Shown here: piece after piece, positions 1 through 12,800 of the stretch
Layout: each line of letters opens with the position of its first letter
How positions within the stretch are numbered: the first letter of the stretch is position 1
Assembly (NCBI GenBank): GCA_964057225.1
Contig: OZ059897.1
Span: 8,680,001-8,744,000, forward strand
DNA length: 64,000 nt
Direction of reading: 5' to 3'
Source of the DNA: Auanema rhodensis
Taxonomy: Eukaryota; Animalia; Nematoda
The notes under the pieces: model-generated
Seen by the model: the letters and a program-made list of their open reading frames with translations, nothing else
Databases searched by the model: none
What the model was told of the DNA's origin: nothing
Position numbers and translations under genes: made by a program

Positions 1-310
1 TTAGTATATAATTATTAATTTAGATATAATAAAGTTAAAAGAATCAATAATTAATTAGAATATCTTTATTTATATATAATATTATAGATATATTGAAGTT
101 GTTATGTAACTATATATACTTTGATGAATATTTAACAATATGTATTCCTATTATATTTAAAAAATAATAATACATAAATTAATTTTCTTGATATATTGAA
201 GTTTACTGGTCCCTTGGGACTTCATAACTTCTTTATAAAAACAGTTTAATATTATTCAAAAGGTCTTCTCTCTCCCTTTCTCAGATTATTTCAACTTTCT
301 TAAAGTTTTG

Positions 311-2085
311 ATGGCTGATATGAGAAATAACAATTCTATATATCCATTGGCTTTTTGTCCAACTGAGGATGTACCTTTGGCTGGTGATTGGTATTGGATA
401 GTTTCTATGATATGTGGATTTGCAACTATATTACTTGGATCATATTGCTATCGTCTTTTAAAATATCTACCAGATAGTTTAGGATCATTTAAGAGATATA
501 TGTATATATATCATATAAGTAGTATTTTACCAGCTATATCACTATCTATACTCACAGTAAGTTGTTTAATGATTCGATTTCAAGTTCCTGTTTTCTGTTT
601 TCAATAAATTGATGATCAATCCTCTTTTGTATGTTCTCATACAATTCCTATATAGAGATGTCTTCTGAGACTACATCAGAGAGATTAAGCTTGGTTGTCA
701 CATAAACTGATGAAAATAAAGTTTTAAGTGTAAAATATGAAGTTAAGAATAACAGAAACTATCAGTTTTCTTTTATTATTTATTAATTTATATAATTATG
801 ATTTCATTAAATATTCAGACTCCTGTATACTATATGCCTCTTTTGAGTGGATATTCAATAGGATTATTAAGTTTTTTTAATTTCACATTTCTATCACAAT
901 TGACATTTACACTTATACTTCATTATATGCATTATGCTATATGTATTATACTATTCTTCTATCGTTATTGGCTTGTAAGATCACCAACTCCTAACTTTGA
1001 TAGTTGGAAATATCGTTCAGTCGTAACTTTCATTATATTCATATTTCCTGTTCCATGTTTGGTATCAACAATGCTCTTAGTTCCTTCGGGAACTCGACTT
1101 GATCTACTGATTGCGGTAAGGCAACTTCTTGTAAGTTGTAAGCTAAACTCTGTCGTTTCAGTCCTGTTCCGCATATCGAACTCTTCTACAATCACCAAAT
1201 GCTTCGAATATTGGACGATTTTGGAATGAAATATCGTTAATGGTTACAATGTCTATCTTTGTTTTCAATTCTACAATCTTTATTATTTTCTTAATAATTT
1301 TCAAAATACTAACAATGAAAAGCCTAGCTGATTTACAGCAAAAAACTGTAATGTCTGCTAAAACTGTTGCAATGCATTGGAAATTTAACAGAGCATTAGA
1401 ATTACAGGTAATATATATTCAGGATACTAATTATTATATTAACTATACTAACTATATTATATAATATTTTATATTTGTATTTAACTAAAAAAGTAGGAGA
1501 GAATCGGAGTTCAAAATATTGCAGATATCCCCTCATTTCTGAGATTAGACTCGTTCAAACCTCATATAAGCTCCATAAATCACAAAAAAAAATCACAGAA
1601 ATGAGAAAAAGTTAAAGCTTGCATGTTTCAGATTCTTTGTCCAGCGCTGCTACTTAGTTTTCCGACAACAATTTTTTTTATATTAATGTTGGGAGATATA
1701 CCATGTTCATTAGGTAACACTAGATTATAACATTAAAGAAAAAAAAAACTTTTATAAACTAAAATCAAAAAATGAAAAGATTTTATTCTTAAAAAAAGTT
1801 TTAATTGATTTAGATATATCAAATATATTAATAGTTTTAAATGAATTTCATGCTGTTTTCAATTCAGCTGCTATAATTAAGTTAAATAATAATGTTTTGG
1901 ATGCATTTCTTGAAGGTTTTATTTATATTTTAATTTAAAACTTAAACACTTTTTAAGATGTATCTCATATATTTCTTTTAAATAAAATATTTAAACGTAA
2001 ACCAGTGAAACTATCTCGTGTAAGTTGTACTCCTGAAAGCTATTTAACTCCACAAGAGCCTAACGACCAACATAGAATATTATAG
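311..2085 (+). CDS. Serpentine (7TM) chemoreceptor, Str superfamily (Srh/Sri-like), about 366 aa, 6 exons
   Basis: Exons 311-556, 819-1115, 1162-1407, 1632-1713, 1814-1915 and 1958-2085 join in frame across GT-AG introns. The protein has multiple hydrophobic segments and family-type motifs PVYYMPLLSGYSIGLL, LFFYRY and MSAKTVAMHWKFNRALELQILCP. Confidence 0.85.
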
Positions 2086-3017
2086 AAATGCATAGTTATA
2101 TAACTACTTAGTTATATATATATATATAGTTATATGTATATTATATTTTTATTTTTATTTAATCAAATAAGTATGTTTATTAATCAAAAAGCAAATCTTA
2201 AATCATTGTTGTATGTCTAATCTTTGTTTCTTTATTTAATTCTGAATTCTTTGTAAACGTTTAAAAATTAATTTCTGTTTCTCTTAATTTCTTTTATAAT
2301 TTGAAATAAAGTTTTTATACTTACTATGTATTATGAGTATTTCTAGGAAATATACATATATGGAAATATATTCAAAGTATTTGAAAATATTTTATTAAAT
2401 AATGTAAAAATACATTTATTATTTTTTTTTTTGTTTTTTATAAATGGTATCAAAGTATAATTAACTAATTAACTAATTTGAATATGAACTATTAGAGAAC
2501 GTATTGTGTCACGTTTCCACGTGGAATAATCATTTCTGAAGTGCAAAATTTTGCAAGTGGTTGTTCATTTATGGAACTACATGTAATATTGCTCTTGCAA
2601 TATGTAGAATACAAGAAATTGATTTTCAAATACAATATTTGAATGTTTTTGATTAAAAGTAAACGAATGATACGAATATGATTCGTGTAGAACTAGTGCA
2701 ACTTAGGTTACATGTAGTAACATAAATATAAAATATTTTATTCTGTAGTATATTTATATTATTTATATGATTATTTTAATATATATATATTATATAAATA
2801 TATTTATTATAATATAACAGCTTTATTATATAAATTATCTATTTGACATTGATCATAAGATCAGAAAAAAAAGCGATACGTGAATACACACATGTCTCGA
2901 TGTCATTTCAATTTTATTTTGAAAACTGATTATCTACAAAGTTACTATTATGTCTGGAATTCTACGACAAATTAAAAAAAATTATTATTACTATTATTAT
3001 TTTTTTTAATTCAAAAA

Positions 3018-3409
3018 ATGACTACTTTAGGATTGGTGGAGAGTGTTAATAGAATACTAATTGTAGACAATCCTATTATTCAAGATATATCAATTCAAAA
3101 AGAAAATCTGATTAGTATATTTCCCTCTAGTGGATCAAGTCTTAATCAACATGGAGAAATTAATTTTATAATTGAAACTTGTGATCAATACCTCTTTCTT
3201 CATAAATCTTATATTTATTTAGAAGCATCATTGACTAAATTAGACTTTAGTGCATTAAGTGATACAGATGAATTCTCTCTGACTAACAATCTTCCTATGT
3301 TCTTATTTGATAGTTATCACTCTACAGATCTCCAGAAAACAAGAATCCTATTACATCATCAGATTCAACTACTATTACAGCTAAAATGACTATTAATGAA
3401 CTTCTTTAA
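3018..3409 (+). pseudogene. Maverick/Polinton (adintovirus-like) major capsid protein N-terminal fragment, truncated and frameshifted
   Basis: Intronless ORF ILIVDNPIIQDISIQKENLISIFPSSGSSLNQHGEINFIIETCDQYLFLHKSYIYLEASLTK...FSLTNNLPMFLF fits the N-terminal pattern of Polinton double-jelly-roll capsids (P..g..LN..GEI.F.I...D.y....SY.y.e..l...lxNN....LF). Similarity stops near 3315; another frame continues LYRSPENKNPITSSDSTTITAKMTINELL* to 3409. Confidence 0.75.
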
Positions 3410-3462
3410 TAAAAATTAATTCAAATGTCTTTTATATCAAGACAATTTGAAAGTTATTGTCT

Positions 3463-3804
3463 TTATTTGATCTTATGAAATTTTTCTAATAATTTAAGGA
3501 ATAGTAAAAAGTAATAGCTACAGTGATGTGTATTGAATTCTTGAATTTGAAATGTTGTGAGTTCTATTTTATCTTCCTTTTTTGATGCTTTCAAGTATTC
3601 TTCAAGTTCTAATAGGAGATCAATTCCAAAAAAATCAAAATAATGTATTTTATCTTTCATTTTGGAATAACAAACCTAATGAGTTTCTTTATTTTTTGAA
3701 GAATCTAAATTTACAATTCCAAAAATTCTTGATTTCTAATTTTCTACTAAATCCAGAACTTCAAGATTTGTAAGACTTGGTAGATCTTTCTTCAGATTAG
3801 TCAT
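3463..3804 (-). pseudogene. Maverick/Polinton adenain-like (C5 family) cysteine maturation protease, pseudogenised
   Basis: One minus-strand frame from ATG 3804 reads MTNLKKDLPSLTNLEVLDLVEN*KSRIFGIVNLDSSKNKETH*VCYSKMKDKIHYFDFFGIDLLLELEEYL...IELTTFQIQEFNTHHCSYYFLLFL. This matches the adenain motifs GIxNLDxS..GTHW, YFDSFG and QIQ....CGYYC. In-frame TAGs lie at 3736-3738 and 3676-3678, the latter at the conserved Trp. Confidence 0.85.
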
Positions 3805-4142
3805 TTATTAAGTTTTATTTTTATGATACCACTTGGGGAAAAAATTGATATCCATCGACATCCATCAAATTTGTAAAAAGTATGAAAATGACATGAAAAT
3901 ATAATATTATTTAAGCATAAAAATAGAAAATTCAAAATGAAATCGACATCTCAACAGAAAATTGATCGAAAATGTATAGAAATTATCAAAGATAAGCACT
4001 TATTAGTGCTTCGAAAAATTCACTTATTTTTCCATTTTTTCAAAAAAAGTGTTGTAAATGAGGTGATTCTCTCTGACTTCAGAGAATGAAAATGTGTCTA
4101 AAACAGCTGAGATATCGAAAAGGTATTATAAGCCTTCGTATA

Positions 4143-4427
4143 CAGTCATGTACGATGGGGGTAGTTTTCTTGTCTCTAACCATCTTCAATTTATAAATTT
4201 TAAATTTTAATTATACAAAAACACCAAAAAAAAATTTATTTATTCAATTTTAAACTTTTATAATTTAAAAAAAAATCAGTTTTCATCATTAAACTTGAAT
4301 ATTAATCGATACGGTGATACTTGAACCTGAAATTGAAATTAATTTTTTCGATTTTTTTTCGTAGTTTGAAGGAGTTTTCTGAGGCCTCTAACATAGGGGT
4401 GTCTCCGACTTTCATCGCACAGGACTG
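4143..4427. mobile_element. Candidate Tc1/mariner-type non-autonomous element (MITE), about 285 bp
   Basis: Left end TA|CAGTCATGTACGATG (4143-4157); the right end CATCGCACAGGACTG (4413-4427) reverse-complements to CAGTCCTGTGCGATG, 13/15 identical. CAGT termini, no internal ORF. The right flank reads TTA, so the TA duplication is imperfect. Confidence 0.45.
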
Positions 4428-6143
4428 TTAATACTACTTATATGTATATTATACAGTTCTCTTAATATACACATACTATATACATATATGGAGAAGATAT
4501 TCTGTGTATAACTATCATCTTTTTTACTTTTTTTTTCTTTTACTATACTATATACTATTACATATAGTTAGTTGTGTTAGTTGGATGATATGTTGGTTGT
4601 CTACTTGTATTGTCTTTCATTTGATTCTTTGTAATGATATGTTTGTATTGTATTTTCATATTGAAAATAAAAGATTTCCCTTAGTTGTTTAAAGAGAAAG
4701 AAAGAGAGAGAGAGGATGGAGAGAGAAAGAGAGATAAACTCCTCCCAAAGGAATAAAGTATGTTGGTGGAAAAATAATGTTTAAAAACTTTTCTTCTTGT
4801 AATTAAGAAGGGAATGTTCAAATCTATAATTTGGTAATGTATATGACCTTCTTAGATAGTAGTTCTACTAATTTGATGATAAAAATCATCAAATTATGAA
4901 GTATTTTTGATAAAATACATTTTATTATAAAAATTATTTAACTATTAATATCATTTTTCAATTAGTTTAGAAACGAAAACATTGTGAAAATGGAGTTTAT
5001 AGCAAAGTGTTGTCATATCTTTTGAGTTTCTTAATTAGTTCATAGTTTGCATAAGCAAACCCAGGTGTTTATCTCACTTTTCAAGTGTTTCGTTGTAAAC
5101 AATCATGTAAGCTTGTTCAACATCTGGTCTAAAAATCACTTGACACACAGATAGTTCCTAACAACCTAGCCTTCCAATCCAAGTGTTTTCATAGCAAACC
5201 TTGCAAAACAAATGGGAAAAAATTAAGGAAAACGAAGATGACAATGAAGATGAAGAAGACGATACAGCCTTGACATGCATCATGCTTTCAAGATAAAGTT
5301 CAGGCTCCAACACAATTTTTTTCATTTTCACAACTATTCTACTCTATTCTTCATAAAAGAGACATCCTACCGTGCTTTAAATTGTTTTACAAGACGTATT
5401 ATAATAACCAAATTTGTTTTTATTTACTATTTATTTCATAAAATATTATTTATAATTATAATTTTAGTAAATAAAAAGTTTATTCATAGTTATAAAAGTA
5501 ATCTATTATGTCAAGAAATTGAAAAATTCAATTACAAAATAAGATATTTGTGAAAAAGTATTCAATCAATTTCTTTTAAAATCAATTTATTCAATTTTGT
5601 CTTTATTTAATTCTATGTTTCATCACTGTTTCTTCTTCTATTTGCTTTCATTAATTAATCCTACTCTCCGGCTTGTCTTGTCATCGTCCTAATCAACATC
5701 ATCATCATCATCATCTTCTTCTTCGGCTTCTGCTCTTTTTGCTTACCTCTTATTAGCAATATTCGATATTTTACTATAAACGGTATCGTTTTATTCTTCA
5801 AAATCTTCTAATATCGTATGTCTTTATCTTTATCTTCTCTGCTAACTAGCTGCTTATGCTTAGAACATATGGCTTTGATCTAAGTTTGTTTAGTATACAA
5901 GATCGATTATCGGTAACATAACTTCTACCTTACATCATCTATTTCTCGTACTTTTCTTCTGATTACCACACAAGTTTCTTACGAATTTGATGTTTAATTG
6001 AATATAGAACGAAGAATTGAAAAAAAGAAAATTTATTTTTGTGGTTTCAATGTAATGAAATGTGTTCAGTTTTGGTTTGCAATTCTATATTGTTTCCATT
6101 ATTGAAGATATTATTGTACTTCTCAATGTATAAAGAGTATAAT

Positions 6144-6146
<3 letters not shown>

Positions 6147-6199
<53 letters not shown>
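6147..6199 (+). repeat. (TC)n microsatellite upstream of eat-2
   Basis: About 26 uninterrupted TC units. Confidence 0.95.
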
Positions 6200-6206
<7 letters not shown>

Positions 6207-6610
6207 TTTGAAGAATTCTGATTTTCACTTAAAAAGTGCAAAAATTAAAGCATTGTGTTTCATGATGATTTCCTCATATATGGTATCACAGTCGTTCAGC
6301 TATCCCGCTGTCACATATAGTATGTTACATCTAGTATACTCTTGAACTTCTCACATTACAAGCCTCAAACGGTTTGACCATAACAGGATGATGGGCGCTA
6401 TGTCAACAAACAGCTTTTTGACCTCAAAACCTCGGTATCTTCGAAACTGTTGGTTGTAACATCTTCGTTTTCTGAATTTTTTTCTTTTAAAATTAATGGT
6501 TTATTCATTGTATAAATATCAGAATTCTATCTCTTTTATCATGATTTTTCCTCATTTCTACTACTTGCAGACGTACGAAAGTGCATAAGTTGGTAGAAAA
6601 AGCATTGTAA

Positions 6611-9115
6611 ATGAAAACTATTAATTTTCTATGGCTTTTATTCATGCTCTTCCTAACTTATGTAGCTGGAAGTGAAGATGAATATAGGCTTATTCAAGAT
6701 TTACGACAGAATTATGATTCTATAGAGCGTCCTGTACGACATCATTCACTACCATTACGAGTTAAACTTCGAATTATTCTACAACAGATAGTTGATGTTG
6801 TAAGATATTTTCCATGAGAATTTTTATTTCTGTTTCCCTTTGAAGGATGAGAAAAATCAAATTGTAACATTGGTTGTTTGGACACAATCAACATGGAATG
6901 ATTATAAAATGAGATGGGATCCATTAGAATATGGAAATATTACAACAATTCAATTACCAAATAATATGCTTTGGAAGCCAGATATTCTCTTATTTAATAG
7001 GTTTTTAGTCTTATCTTGTCTTTTTTTTAGTTTTCAATTTGTTTTTTTTCAGTGCTGATGAACATTTTGATGCTTCTTTTCCTGTTAATTTTGTGGTAAG
7101 CAGTAATGGTGATGTGCTTCTGGCTCCTCCAGGTATAGTCAAAATCAGTTGCGAACTACGTATGACTTGGTTTCCATTTGATGAACAAATCTGTCATTTA
7201 AAGGTAAGTTCAACATAAATGCTGAGAATAGGCTGCAATCTAATGCAACTTCATCTCATATAGTAGGCTTCTTTCTATTCATCTTCTCTCTTATGTGCCT
7301 ATCAGACATATGAAGGAGAGACAGGCTTTTGGGTAGAGCATAAGAGTGAAGTTGTTAGAAACGGCATCAGAATATCTTAATAGAATCCTTCTATTACTAT
7401 TCACTAACTTATTTTTTCGAATTTCAGTATGGTTCATGGACATATACAGGATCAAAGCTCGATCTTCACATCGACGATACAGATCTGAGTGATAGGCACA
7501 AGATGGATTTACAGTATTATTTGCCAAACGGCGAATTTGAATTGTTAGGTTTGTGTGAAGATTTTGTTTTTTTCTTTCTTTTCATTCAAATTTTAATTTT
7601 TAAGCAACACCAGCCGAACGAATAGCAACAGAATTTGCTGGTGATAAGTATGTTGAGCTGTACTTCAAGATGCATATCAAACGAAAAACATTGTATTATG
7701 GTCTTAATTGGATTGTTCCATCTGTTCTTATCTCTTTATCCAATGTTCTTGGTTTTACAATGCCACCTGAATGTGGTGAAAAGATTACTTTACGTAAAAA
7801 TATTTATTGAAATTAGACTTTAATACTTTCTATTTTTCTTTAAGAAATTACAAATTTGCTGTCAGTGACTGTCTTCTTAGGCATGGTATCTGATGTAACT
7901 CCACCAACTTCTGAATCTATACCCGTTATCGGTAAGCATAAGTATTATACATTCCATTATATCAATATGAAACAGAAACTGCAAAAGACCAAATACATCT
8001 TTCAAGTTTTACTGCCCAAGTTTCCAATAATTGAAACGTTTTTTCAGCCGCATTCTTTTCTCTTTCAATGTTGATACTTGGCTGTTCTATTATTGCAACT
8101 TTAGTGATTATTAATGTTCATTTTCGATCTCCACGAACACATGAAATGGGTGCCTGGGTAAGGAATATTATTTTTTTCTGAAAAAAAAAAAATATTTTTA
8201 TTAACAAAAATAAAATTAATTTAACTATATACAATACTATTTTAGCCTTTTTTTTTCTTTTTCTCATAGCTATTGTCTAAAAAAAATATCTGAATTCAAT
8301 TAACTATACGAATTTACTTATAGACACGATACATATTTTTGGAATTTTTACCTTGGATATTGCTCATGTCACGGCCAGGCAGAAAGTTTCATAAGCCAAA
8401 ACGAGATCCTGGATCAGATCTAGAGAGCACAACAAGCGTGAGAATTTTAATTTCAACTTTTCGAACTTGAAGCGTCTTTTTTGAAGAGCTCACCAGAGAC
8501 TAGTCGCCTTATGGATCAACAAGATCAATGTCGACTTATACATCGAATAAACATAGATGCAGAAAATGATAAGGAAGAAAATGGTAATTATTGATGTTGA
8601 AGTGAACGATTTCCGGCAGTTTCTGTCATCAAACTTCACAACTTGACTTCTTTCGAGCCAAGGCGGTTAGAGTGAGAGTTTAGTCTGCCGCAAGCTTAAT
8701 CTGACCCCCCGAAGTTTGATAGAGACAAAATGCCGGAATATGCAGCGAAATGAAAAATTTTGCAAAAAAAAAATTAATTTCAGTTCCAACATTCAAGCCT
8801 CGTTTGATAGATAACAATGATTATCTATCGGTGTATACACCATTAGAATCAGGATTAAAGGAAATTGTCCAACTTTTACATTCATTTAAAGTAACAAAAA
8901 AACTTTTTTTTTCTTTGAAATGAATAATTTTTTTTCAGGAAAGACTAGAAGATGAAGAAAAAGATGAAGATCTTCAAAATGATTGGCAATTTATGGCTAT
9001 GGTTATAGATCGTTCATGTCTTTTCTTATTTACTTTTCTAATTGTTTCTACAACTCTTTTAGTATTTCTTTCAACTCCTCATCTACTCAAAACTCCTGAT
9101 TTTGATAATTATTAG
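6611..9115 (+). CDS. eat-2: Nicotinic acetylcholine receptor non-alpha subunit EAT-2, 11 exons
   Basis: Exons 6611-6799, 6846-7000, 7053-7203, 7428-7548, 7605-7793, 7845-7931, 8048-8157, 8324-8437, 8487-8583, 8784-8890 and 8939-9115. Signal peptide, WKPDILLFN, Cys-loop CELRMTWFPFDEQIC, EAT-2-type segments HKMDLQYYLPNGEF, YYGLNWIVPSVLISLSNVLGFTMPPECGEKITLQITN and PPTSESIP, TM4 after DWQFMAMVIDR. No vicinal CC in loop C. Confidence 0.92.
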
Positions 9116-9282
9116 AAGTTTTTCATCATATATATATACATATAGTTAATATAAACTATGCAAATCCTTTATATTTTCCGGTTACCACATCGTCATCCGG
9201 TTGACTTTCAGAATTTTAGATCATTTGTCGAGAAATTATCATCTTGCCTCCCCCTCATCATCACCGTTCCTAACCTTTTTCC

Positions 9283-9295
9283 CCCTCTCTCTCTA

Positions 9296-9341
<46 letters not shown>

Positions 9342-9402
9342 GTTCTCTCTCCCTCTCTTTCTCACTTTCTCTCTCTCTCACTCTCTCTCTTTCTCTCTCT
9401 CT
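9283..9402 (+). repeat. Imperfect (TC)n tract downstream of the eat-2 stop
   Basis: About 120 bp pyrimidine tract dominated by TC units. Confidence 0.9.
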
Positions 9403-9852
9403 TTTCCTTTTTAAATATTTACCTTATTTAGAGTCAACGGTATTTCATGACAAGTTTCTCTATGTGTATGCCTTTTTTTGCTATTTTTTTCGAAGTGAAA
9501 ACAAAAACTTTTTTTTATTTCCAACTGAAACACAATTTTTTCTTTAAACTCTGAGAAATAGCTGGAGGTTAGAGATAGAGCTAACAAAACTTCATAAAAG
9601 GGGAGAGGGGGGTGAATGTTTTCATATTTCATATATTTAATCCGATTCCTACTCCCTGCAAAAATGCATGAAAATTACAAAACATTTTTGTATATGAATA
9701 TTAAAATTTTTTTGGCTTCAAATTCATTTCTTATCTTTATCTTTTTCCTAAATAAATTAATTTAAATAGTTTTTCTTTATATAACTAATTATATTCTTTA
9801 TTAATTATATATTATTAATGTATGTATGTTTCTCGTCAAAAATCGCTCAAAT

Positions 9853-9888
<36 letters not shown>

Positions 9889-12800
9889 TCTTTCTTTCTC
9901 TCTCTCTTTCTTTCTCTCTCTCTTTCTCTTCATCGTTTAAAATTCTTTCATTTTTTTTTAATTTCAAGATTTGTCATACTATTTATTAGCTGTGAACTAC
10001 TATTTTTATGTTATGTTCAAAAATTATTTTTTAAAAAATAAAAATAAAAATATGAAAGCAGGAACTTACATGCTATTCATTTCAGACAACAATTGAAATA
10101 AGTTTCAGGTTCACTTGTAACAAGCGCATTTTCTCTCGTAAGCCATTGTGTTGAACAAAAACTTTTCTTGTCTTCGAATGAATTGAATGAAAAAAAAAAG
10201 TATATTTACTGTCATTCTTATATGAGTTGAACAAGATTAAAATTAAAAGTTTGATGAGATTAAATGGAATAATATATGAAAAGAGAAAGAGAACGAAGCC
10301 GGTGGGAAGGGCAGTGAGGGGGAGTAATAGTAGAGAGATACTAATAGCTTAACTATAGCTTCTCCTCCTGTAAGCATACGCAATTTTTTTTTGTTGTTAA
10401 AGAATAAAATTAGATATCTATGTGAGTTCTTGAAATAAAAATTAGAAATACGTATAAGTTATGAATTGATATTCAAACTTATTCTACATGTGACCTCAAG
10501 CATGGCGTGCAGCTTCTTCCTTTTTTTCTGCCTTTACTCGTCTAGGTTTCATATTCGTTTTTTGTGTTCTGCTTGATATTCACCATATAAATGATGAATA
10601 AAAGACAGCAATAAACTAGCTTGTTTCTTATATTTATCGTATAAAATAAAAAAATGTTGTTTCTTTTAGATCAAAGAGGGAAGGGTGGAAAGAAAGACAG
10701 AGATAAGGTTTGTGAGGAGGTTGGCAGAAAAAGGGGGGAGGGAGGAGGAAAGAGAGGAAGAAAAAGGTAATATTATGTGAATATAATAAACTATTTGGGA
10801 AAGCGTAAAGTTTATATCTTTAGAACTAATGATATATCAAATAAAATATGTGAAAAATATAAAAAATCATGATTCTATCATCTAAAACATCTAACATACT
10901 ACACGTATGTGGCAACAATTTGATTTTGCATTTGCGATTAGTTTGTTCAAGTTTTTTGAGCTTAACCTTCATTCATACATCTATTTTGAGATTCTTCTTT
11001 TAGCTCTTCTTCTTCCTTGTATAACCACTTTCAATCTTCTGCTGTTTCAAATTAAATGTACTTCTAAACTTATTTGGTTTCTTTCTTCTTTCATACTTGT
11101 TCAACTTCCTGAGTACCTTTGTTGAAACATGCATACATATCATATCTTCTTCTTCACGCTCTTTCCTCTAGCACAAGCCACATGATGCAGCTTGTCACTA
11201 AAGAAAGCTTCTCTTAAAGTATTCTGATGATGAAACTAACTACTTTTTGGTTTCGAAAGTGTTTTTCCGTGCTTCCTCTTCACATATATTGCATTTACAA
11301 CGGCGCATCCGTGTGCAAAAGGGACCGTATGTATCTGCAATCACATCGCTTCTGATCATTACAGGTTTAGCGATCATACTAGCATATCTATAATTCTGCA
11401 GCTAACTATATGATTATAATAATTGTTCAAACATAATTAAGAAAATAGCAAAATATATTCCGGAAGACACACATCTCATCATTGTTTTGACTTCAGTATC
11501 AAGTCACACGCCTCTCTTTCTCTCTCAAACGATTCGGTTCATCTATTTTGCTTTTTTTGACTATGTTCCTATTTCTTTTTTTTTGTTTCTTTGACTTTCT
11601 TCAAGCTTTCCCATTTTTCTGAAGCAATATATATTGTATTTCAATTTATTTTTATTATTATTACTATATGTTATCAAAAATCATATAATTATATATATAT
11701 ATATATAGGTATGTGTACATGATCATTCGTATATTATTCTATTAATCTTTTACTATTATTTTCCAAATTATCTTATTTATATTTATTTCAAAAGTCCCTT
11801 ATAGTTATAGTAATACGTACATAGTTAGCAGACACTAGGTAATAGGTAATAGTAGTAGTTATAGCAATCAGAACTATATATTATATATTATATGTTTTTG
11901 AATAGTATAAAAATTTTATTTTTAAACCTTATCCCATATCTCTCTCTCTCTCTCTCTCTCTTTCCCAAATCACAATTCTTGCAAAATTCTCAGAGCAAGA
12001 GGGGTAGAAAGGTGAAAAATATTTTTCTGATTAGTATCTATGATTCTAAATTTTTTTTCCTTTACTATTAAGACTATGAAACTATATAGAACTGTCATAT
12101 TGAAGAACAAACATATGATGGATATACTATGGTCTGTTCTTTTGATTTTCTCACAATACGTTGCATGTGCTTCGACGTTTTGTTCAACTAAAAAAAGATT
12201 TTTTCTGAAGAAAACTGTGTACTGAAAACAGATATTTGAACTCATTTTCATTTAAGTTGAACCACTAAAAGGCATTTTTTCTTTAAAAAGTTTGTCAAAT
12301 AGATAAAACTAGCAATGGATAGATGCTTAAAAGTCTGTAATGTGCATCCATTGAGAATTTTTTATAAGAAAATGAAATAACATTTTGAAGTGCATGAAAG
12401 TATAATAAATACATAAATTTATGCTTTAATGCTTTAACTTGGTTCATCTAAACCATTACTTTCCTGCTGAAATTCATAATTCGCCATCTCTTATTGCATT
12501 TCATGTCATCATTTATTCCTTCTCTTTCTCTCTTTTTCATTTATTCTTCAAATAGTTTTCTCTCTCTCTCAGTCTTTCTTCCTCTTCCTTTTAACCTCTT
12601 TCTGGCTCTCTATATATCTCTTCCAATTCCTTCATTCTTTCTCTTTTCTCCTGAAAGCGGAAGCAACCGTTTCTTAACGTTTTTCAAACTCAAATGAGCG
12701 GATAGCTTCAAACAGCACGGAGAGAAATTCTACGTCAACTGCTGATTAGCATAAGCGTGGATGAAACTAAATCTTACGTGACATCAGGTAAATGCTATTT

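Noticed and set aside
2100-4450. Maverick terminal inverted repeats, pPolB, integrase or ATPase near the viral remnant
   Set aside because: Searched by eye and not found, so the locus is called a fragment and not an intact element.
5020-5400. Possible minus-strand exon (ELSVCQVIFRPDVEQAYMIVYNETLE|GTGAG) and acidic plus-strand stretch
   Set aside because: Could not be joined to other exons and matches no family I recognise; left unassigned.
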